Below, piece after piece: positions 41,511-46,020 of a stretch of DNA of 46,020 nt (the stretch's first letter is position 1; the number at the start of each line of letters is the position of its first letter). The notes beneath the pieces were generated by a model, which saw nothing but the letters and a program-made list of their open reading frames with translations, did not search any database and was not told the origin of the DNA. The stretch is from an uncultured Bacilli bacterium (GTDB lineage Bacteria; Bacillota_I; Bacilli_A; ML615J-28; CAG-313). Location of the stretch: the NCBI GenBank assembly GCA_947627685.1, contig CANQWZ010000002.1, positions 1 to 46,020 on the forward strand, written 5' to 3'. Position numbers and translations under genes: made by a program.

Positions 41511-41993
41511 TTAACTAACCAATAAAAGTCTTTTAACATGAATCTGATTGATTGGTTCCATATAATTCATTCGGAAAAATTGAAGACAAAACATTGTACC
41601 ATCTACTAAATTCCATTGAAACCAAATAGTACCCGAACCAAAATCTTCTTGTGGTTTTCCAATTAGTTCAATAACTTCATCAAAAGTCATTCCATATCTA
41701 ATCATATTTTTAACATCTTCAAATGTTAAGTCATAAGATAAATCAGGATCACATTCATTTGAAACACAACGTCCAAAATATCCATATATATTTTCGATTG
41801 TTGTTTCTTCAATAATAAGCTTATTTTCATTATCTTGATATTTTTCTTGTTCTAACTCATTGTCGTCATTATTTATTTCAGACATTTTTTCGCCCATTGA
41901 AATTATTTTTTTAGAACTTGCATTAGCACTATTAATATTCAATACCATTACAAAAGCTAAAACAACAAGCCCAAAAAATATTAATTTTTTCAT
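41511..41993 (-). CDS. ~160-aa secreted protein whose C-terminal domain matches that of the upstream 727-aa protein
   Basis: The ORF track uses GTG 42005; ATG 41993 (MKKLIFFGLVVLAFVMVLNINSANA-SS) is the alternative. The signal peptide is SPase-I type, with no lipobox Cys. C-terminal ..MIRYGMTFDEVIELIGKPQEDFGSGTIWFQWNLVDGTMFCLQF aligns with ..SIKVGMTIDEVSFNLGTLGYLSGSGAIIHQYYLNDGRTLIVHY of the 727-aa protein. Confidence 0.65.
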   Translation of the reverse strand: MKKLIFFGLVVLAFVMVLNINSANASSKKIISMGEKMSEINNDDNELEQEKYQDNENKLIIEETTIENIYGYFGRCVSNECDPDLSYDLTFEDVKNMIRYGMTFDEVIELIGKPQEDFGSGTIWFQWNLVDGTMFCLQFFRMNYMEPINQIHVKRLLLVS

Positions 41994-42016
41994 GTTTAAT
42001 TTCACTTCCTTTATTC

Positions 42017-44200
42017 TTAATCAACAATAATTTTTGAAATAACATATGTTTCATTATCATATGCATAATGAACTATTAATGTCCTTCCATCATTTAGATA
42101 ATATTGATGAATAATGGCACCACTTCCAGATAAATATCCTAGTGTTCCTAAATTAAATGAAACTTCATCAATTGTCATACCAACTTTAATTGATTCAACT
42201 AAATGTGAAGAAATAGTTGGAACTGAATCAATGCCTAAAATAGGTTCATTTACAAAATCATCAATGCTTGAAATAGACATAGTTGAAATTGCCATATTAT
42301 TCCAAGGAGAAATCATATAAAAGCCTAAAAAAATATCATAAGTGTCTCTATTACAAGTTTCAGGATCTGCTATTAAATTACCATCAGCATCATATCTAGT
42401 GACAGGTAATCTTCCTCGTTTATGTGACCAATAGCCATCAGAATCTTGTCTATACCAATGATAATCTTGATCTATAGTACTTGCAACTAATGCAACTTTA
42501 TATGTTCCTTCAGGACATATATCATATTTTCCTATTCTTTCAAATATTAAATTTGTACCATATTTTTTGTTATATGCATCAAAATCTGCTTTTACAGCGT
42601 TATACATTGCTACTTCGTTTGTAATATCATTAGTTTCTGCATTAGCAAATTCACCAGGTTGTTGTTTAAACCACAAAGTAGACGTTTTTGGGTCTAATTG
42701 ATTATTTAATGCATATCCATAGCAATTAACGTTATTTTCAACAATACCACCCCACAAATTTGGTTCATAATCCAGTTCATATCCAGATAATGGCAACATG
42801 CACAAAACAGAAACATGAATTTTAACTTTTTCATTATATAGATACGTACCTACAATATTTGCTTTTTTTCCTAATTGATTATCACGAGCATATATTCTGC
42901 CCCACCCATCAACTGTTATGTTGTCATCAGTTCTCCAAGAATAAAGTTGTAGTAAATTAATTGGAACATCAACATTACTCAAATCAATATATGTATATTT
43001 ATATGGTGAAACATACATATCCAAGTTAATATCTATTGGATCAGTTGCATATGTTTTACTATCATTTTTAATAACAAATTCTTTGATATAACAGTTTGAC
43101 ATATTATTTTTATCAATAGCCATTATTTTAACAGTTTCTTGAGATGTATTAATTGGTAATGCAAGTACTGTTCCATAATCTGTTATTATGGCAACATTTT
43201 CATTACTAGAATACCAATAATAATTAAGTCTTGAATTAGATCCTCCATTAACATATATTAATCTTGTAAAGCCTTCTGTTATTGTATTTTGGCGATAACT
43301 TCTACTATCAGCATTTATTTCTTTTTCATCAACTGTTATTTGACTTCCACATGGTGTTTTTTTATCTGGATCTGGTATTAAATGAGAACTGCCATATGAA
43401 GTAATATTTCTTGTTAATGATAAATCAATAGCACTGTTTTTAATATTTAAATTATAATATCCTATACAGTAAGTTCCTTCAATCAAATTTACTGTTGTTG
43501 AATAATTACCGATAGTATCAATATTTATTATTGAAGAGATTGCTTCTTCACTATTTAAAGCATTTAATCTAACTAAAACCAATCTATAACTAGCAGAATT
43601 ATTATTTACATTCGTTTCAATTTTAAATTGTGAAGCTTGTAATAATGTAAATTGTTTTACTTCTTCTATTTTTGAATTATGTAAGACATCAATTTTAAAA
43701 TTTTCAGATTCTCCATAATCAAACATATTAAATGCTTGAAATGAATTAACAATTGAAACTCTTAAAACTAATTTAGAAATATTAGTCATATCATAATTTA
43801 CATCAATGTAATATGTTCCTGATGATGGCAAAAATACATACATATAATTTGATCCATCACTATTAATTGCTAATGTATTAAAATTAGAAATATCACATTT
43901 TTTCATTAATTGATAATTAGTATCTTTTATTTGAATACAACTAGCTGGATAAACGGTTTCTTTAACACTAGTTGCTGTCAATGCTACTTCAACAAATCTA
44001 TTACCATAGTTTTTAAATTTAAATATGCCAAAATTATTATCTATATCACTAGTAATATCGTTATTTGCATTTGTATAAATTGTAGTACAATCTGTAGGAA
44101 TAATCGAAGCAGCATGGGCATCACTTATATTGGAAACGAATAAAGCCAAACCTAATGTTATTATTAACATTATTAATATTTTTCTAAATATTTTTTTCAT
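42017..44200 (-). CDS. 727-aa secreted multidomain protein: two PPC-like beta-sandwich domains, Ig-like domains, a putative Cys-His (papain/transglutaminase-fold) hydrolase domain and a small GMT..EV C-terminal domain
   Basis: SD AAAGGAG. Signal MKKIFRKILIMLIITLGLALFVSNISDAHA-AS (SPase I). ..SSGTYYIDVNYD.. and ..EGTYCIGYYN.. resemble pre-peptidase C-terminal domains. NYYWYSSNENVAIITDYGTVLAL is Big_2-like. Candidate catalytic motifs: NCYGYALN (C493, nt 42722-42724) and DYHWYRQDSDGYWSHKRG (H581/H593). Confidence 0.7.
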   Translation of the reverse strand: MKKIFRKILIMLIITLGLALFVSNISDAHAASIIPTDCTTIYTNANNDITSDIDNNFGIFKFKNYGNRFVEVALTATSVKETVYPASCIQIKDTNYQLMKKCDISNFNTLAINSDGSNYMYVFLPSSGTYYIDVNYDMTNISKLVLRVSIVNSFQAFNMFDYGESENFKIDVLHNSKIEEVKQFTLLQASQFKIETNVNNNSASYRLVLVRLNALNSEEAISSIINIDTIGNYSTTVNLIEGTYCIGYYNLNIKNSAIDLSLTRNITSYGSSHLIPDPDKKTPCGSQITVDEKEINADSRSYRQNTITEGFTRLIYVNGGSNSRLNYYWYSSNENVAIITDYGTVLALPINTSQETVKIMAIDKNNMSNCYIKEFVIKNDSKTYATDPIDINLDMYVSPYKYTYIDLSNVDVPINLLQLYSWRTDDNITVDGWGRIYARDNQLGKKANIVGTYLYNEKVKIHVSVLCMLPLSGYELDYEPNLWGGIVENNVNCYGYALNNQLDPKTSTLWFKQQPGEFANAETNDITNEVAMYNAVKADFDAYNKKYGTNLIFERIGKYDICPEGTYKVALVASTIDQDYHWYRQDSDGYWSHKRGRLPVTRYDADGNLIADPETCNRDTYDIFLGFYMISPWNNMAISTMSISSIDDFVNEPILGIDSVPTISSHLVESIKVGMTIDEVSFNLGTLGYLSGSGAIIHQYYLNDGRTLIVHYAYDNETYVISKIIVD

Positions 44201-44371
44201 AAACTACTTTTCTCCTTTCATTAAATCTACTAAATTAATATAAATCACCTTGTTCATTGACTTTATATAATGAAACAAAAGATGCTTCAATATAATTTAT
44301 TTCATTTTGTTTTTTGAAAATAAATATTACTTTAAAAGTTTTTTACGATTTTGAATATAATTAGTTTTATC

Positions 44372-44614
44372 TTATAAATCATTAAAATTAAGATTAGATT
44401 CTTTAAATTTAATACTTATATCTTCAATTATTATATCTTGATAAAACAAAAATGATTCACCATCATGTTTATATATTCCTTCTTGAAATTCAAACTGTTC
44501 ATGTTTGTAACAAGAAGGAAAAATATAATAAAGAGTATCACCCCAAATAAAATAAAAACTCTCTTGGATGAATTCATAAATATATCCCCTCCTCTTATAT
44601 GTAGAATTATTATT
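44372..44614 (-). CDS. Small gene with ambiguous reading frame: a strong SD plus ATG opens a 48-codon hydrophobic frame, while the -1 frame is open over 80 codons, looks more protein-like and has no start codon
   Basis: GAGGAGGGG lies 7 nt before ATG 44577. Frame 0 gives MNSSKRVFILFGVILFIIFFLLVTNMNSLNFKKEYINMMVNHFCFIKI* (stop 44431-44433). The -1 frame (open 44614 to 44372) gives ..YKRRGYIYEFIQESFYFIWGDTLYYIFPSCYKHEQFEFQEGIYKHDGESFLFYQDIIIEDISIKFKESNLNFNDL*, with G-rich first and A/T-rich third codon positions. Neither frame is in the ORF track. Confidence 0.35.
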   Translation of the reverse strand, partial: NNNSTYKRRGYIYEFIQESFYFIWGDTLYYIFPSCYKHEQFEFQEGIYKHDGESFLFYQDIIIEDISIKFKESNLNFNDL

Positions 44615-44640
44615 TTACAAAACTAAATAGGAAATAAAGC

Positions 44641-44671
44641 AAAAAACTCCCTTATATTAAACAAGAGAGTT
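44641..44671 (-). terminator. Rho-independent terminator on the minus strand, upstream of the small gene
   Basis: On the minus strand, AACTCTCTT (44671-44663) pairs with AAGGGAGTT (44653-44645): 9 bp including one G-U, with a 9-nt loop. TTTTGCTTTATTT follows. Confidence 0.5.
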
Positions 44672-44934
44672 ATTAAAACTATTTTTTGCCCCTTCTAAGA
44701 TAATAGACTAAACTACTATGAAAATATACCATTATAAAGGAAAAAACAATTTTTCTAAACAACTCTATTGTATATTTACTATTACCATTTCCCTATATTA
44801 TTATAATACGTTTCAATAAAATATGCAATTGTTTTATTAATTTTTTTCTTATTTAGAGTGCTTTAATAATTTTTTTTAATATTGAAAAGTATAATTTTCC
44901 TAATCCATAAAATAATTAAAAATACAGCCGTTAA

Positions 44935-44994
44935 AATGCAACATTTCATCATCTTAAAAAAATCAAGAAAATGGTTGCTTTTATGTAAAAAGCT
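44935..44994. repeat. Right copy of the ~62-nt direct repeat
   Basis: See 41319-41380. Like the left copy it is followed by a stem-loop, but a weaker one (gctctttcg at 44991-44999 with cgaaagggc at 45025-45033, 25-nt loop). Confidence 0.75.
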
Positions 44995-45243
44995 CTTTCG
45001 TTCTTCCTAAATATCTAGGTGATACGAAAGGGCTATACCATTATATTTATTGCATTTATAAATAACTCATTAAAATAATCAAAATTAGTTCTTTTATTTA
45101 TATTAATGTTGTTAAATATTCCGTTTGTAAACAAATTATCATATACACGATTATTATACCTAGCCAAATCATCTATCTAATCGCAAACTATATTCCACCC
45201 GCGAATATTAAAATATCCAGCGCATCTTTGAATATTGCCAAAT

Positions 45244-45680
45244 TCAACCTGTTTTGTCTTTATTCTGTTCCTCTTGTGCGCCGCAATACGGCGGGATGGC
45301 GTAAGATACGTGGACAATAGCCTCGTCATCGAAAAGGAGTGAAGGTTCATACACTTTTTCTTTCATTTTCTGCACGAATTCGGTTTCACCCGTCGTCAAG
45401 ACAATTAGTTCTTTTAAGTAGTCTATCACGATTATCTTCGCATTTTCGATGTCAAAAGGATCCGTCTTGGCGATAACGGGCTTTAACTGTGTCTTGAATT
45501 TGTAAAAATTCAAACTTTTGAGATTGCCGTACCACCTTTCAATGCGAGTTTCCCACCGACGAGGGAATCGACGTTCAAAAACCGCAAAACCTCAGCAAGG
45601 CGTAAGACCTTTTCGAGTGTTTCCTTGATGAAACCCGTTTGCGCTGCCAAACTACTCAAATATTGCTTTGAAAATTACAT
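45244..45680 (-). pseudogene. Decayed AbiEii/AbiGii-type nucleotidyltransferase toxin gene (nonsense at codon 2, frameshift, large internal deletion)
   Basis: An ATG at 45680 abuts the AbiEi stop and is followed at once by TAA (45675-45677). Then FSKQYLSSLAAQTGFIKETLEKVLRLAEVLRFLNVDSLVGGKLALKGGTAISKV* carries the family N-terminal signature (...ETGF..E.LEKV.RL.E.L......L...LALKGGTAI). Reading resumes in another frame (ORF track 45244-45513) and ends after about 90 codons. The total is about 145 codons, against about 300 in intact family members as I recall. Confidence 0.6.
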
Positions 45681-46020
45681 TTAATATCCTCCTTTGATCC
45701 GAGAAATGAGATTTTTCGGTGCCATTAACTGCCACTCGGAATTGTACTCTAATTCGCCATATTCATCCTTTAAGAAATACTTCACTTGCTTTGTTAGGTG
45801 CCGTTTGCACTCCGCAAAGAAGGCATCAGACAAGCCGAATTTTTCTTGATAGTGTTGTAAAATATATCCTGCCTTTTGATAGAGAAATATACAGTTGTAG
45901 GCGTTAAGCGCACCAAGTAATTCTTTCTCATCGAGAATGCGGATCTGCATGAGCGCACTGAGTAGTTCGTCAATCCCGCCACACAAATCGATATTGTAGA
46001 TACAGTCTACCACCGTGCGC
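45681..46020 (-). CDS. AbiEi-type antitoxin/transcriptional regulator, C-terminal part (gene continues past the right edge)
   Basis: The frame is open to the window edge (..RTVVDCIYNIDL..); the 'M' in the ORF track is an internal GTG. ...LYQKAGYILQHYQEKFGLSDAFFAECKRHL.KQVKYFL......LEYNSEWQLMAPKNL resembles AbiEi C-terminal domains. Its stop abuts the start of the AbiEii remnant. G+C-richer than the core of the window. Confidence 0.55.
   Translation of the reverse strand, partial: RTVVDCIYNIDLCGGIDELLSALMQIRILDEKELLGALNAYNCIFLYQKAGYILQHYQEKFGLSDAFFAECKRHLTKQVKYFLKDEYGELEYNSEWQLMAPKNLISRIKGGY

Noticed and set aside
1086-44143. All plus-strand ORFs of 60-115 codons in the track that lie inside the long minus-strand genes (1086-1358, 3035-3292, 6508-6690, 7159-7362, 8131-8361, 10222-10422, 11831-12025, 13855-14061, 15971-16165, 16912-17148, 17663-17860, 17915-18112, 21147-21488, 22767-23030, 26678-26893, 27339-27560, 29933-30160, 30593-30817, 30826-31020, 32714-32920, 39017-39364, 42114-42320, 43910-44143)
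   Set aside because: Each lies antisense within, or almost entirely within, a long motif-supported gene. None has a Shine-Dalgarno site. They translate to low-complexity S/F/L/I-rich strings typical of shadow frames in A+T-rich DNA.
45719-45982. ORFs 45719-45907 (+) and 45794-45982 (-)
   Set aside because: Both are nested in other frames or on the other strand of the AbiEi-like ORF, which has the recognisable family sequence.
1-46020. CRISPR arrays, rRNA, IS elements/transposases, integrases, reverse transcriptase/DGR, and restriction-modification or other intact defence systems
   Set aside because: No regularly spaced short repeats and no ORF with the corresponding motifs were found. The only defence- or mobile-type sequences are the truncated or decayed KilA-N, Res-like and AbiE pieces at the two ends.
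1-46020. Mycoplasma-type genetic code (TGA = Trp)
   Set aside because: Long ORFs (up to 2,491 codons) are uninterrupted under the standard code, and Trp is encoded by TGG throughout. TGA terminates the macrodomain gene at a position that matches the expected protein end.

Overview
AT-rich bacterial chromosome segment. Hand counts give about 28% G+C in a typical central 60-nt line and about 50% in the first 60 nt. The code is standard: TGA ends the macrodomain gene, TGG encodes Trp, and ORFs up to 2,491 codons run uninterrupted. Every credible gene is on the minus strand. Lipobox signal peptides, AGGAG Shine-Dalgarno sites and the gene content suggest a low-GC Bacillota/Mycoplasmatota-type organism; I cannot name it. 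Left to right: (i) 1-814 is a G+C-richer block holding a truncated KilA-N gene and frame-broken gene debris, abutting the 3' end of tRNA-Ser(GGA) at 815-905. (ii) 944-5631 is a housekeeping-like stretch: DUF2130 protein, a GlmU-like nucleotidyltransferase without the acetyltransferase half, UppP, and an overlapping macrodomain/SirTM-type sirtuin pair. (iii) 5709-37026 is the dominant feature, a ~31-kb apparent single operon running from a consensus promoter to a strong terminator. It encodes OppABCDF, a 2,491-aa lipobox- and TM-anchored subtilase fused to ~850 aa of BspA-type leucine-rich repeats, and seven multidomain lipoproteins built from a shared module kit (Listeria-Bacteroides/Flg_new repeats, Big_2/Ig-like repeats, Cys-rich H-x-W modules, and two repeat modules I cannot assign to a known family). 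One of these genes is split by a 1-nt frameshift at an A5 run. I propose this as a candidate 'protein capture, degradation and import' locus; that is the part I would call potentially undescribed. (iv) 37238-39430 is a monocistronic paralogous lipoprotein gene. (v) 39674-46020 is an accessory block: a COG2865/Schlafen-type ATPase-HTH gene; a secreted 727-aa protein with a putative Cys-His hydrolase domain plus a 160-aa secreted partner sharing its C-terminal domain, both bracketed by ~62-nt direct repeats; a small gene with an ambiguous reading frame; and a G+C-richer decayed AbiEi/AbiEii toxin-antitoxin locus that runs off the right edge. I saw no CRISPR array, rRNA, transposase, integrase or reverse transcriptase. 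All family assignments come from motif recognition by eye and need database confirmation.
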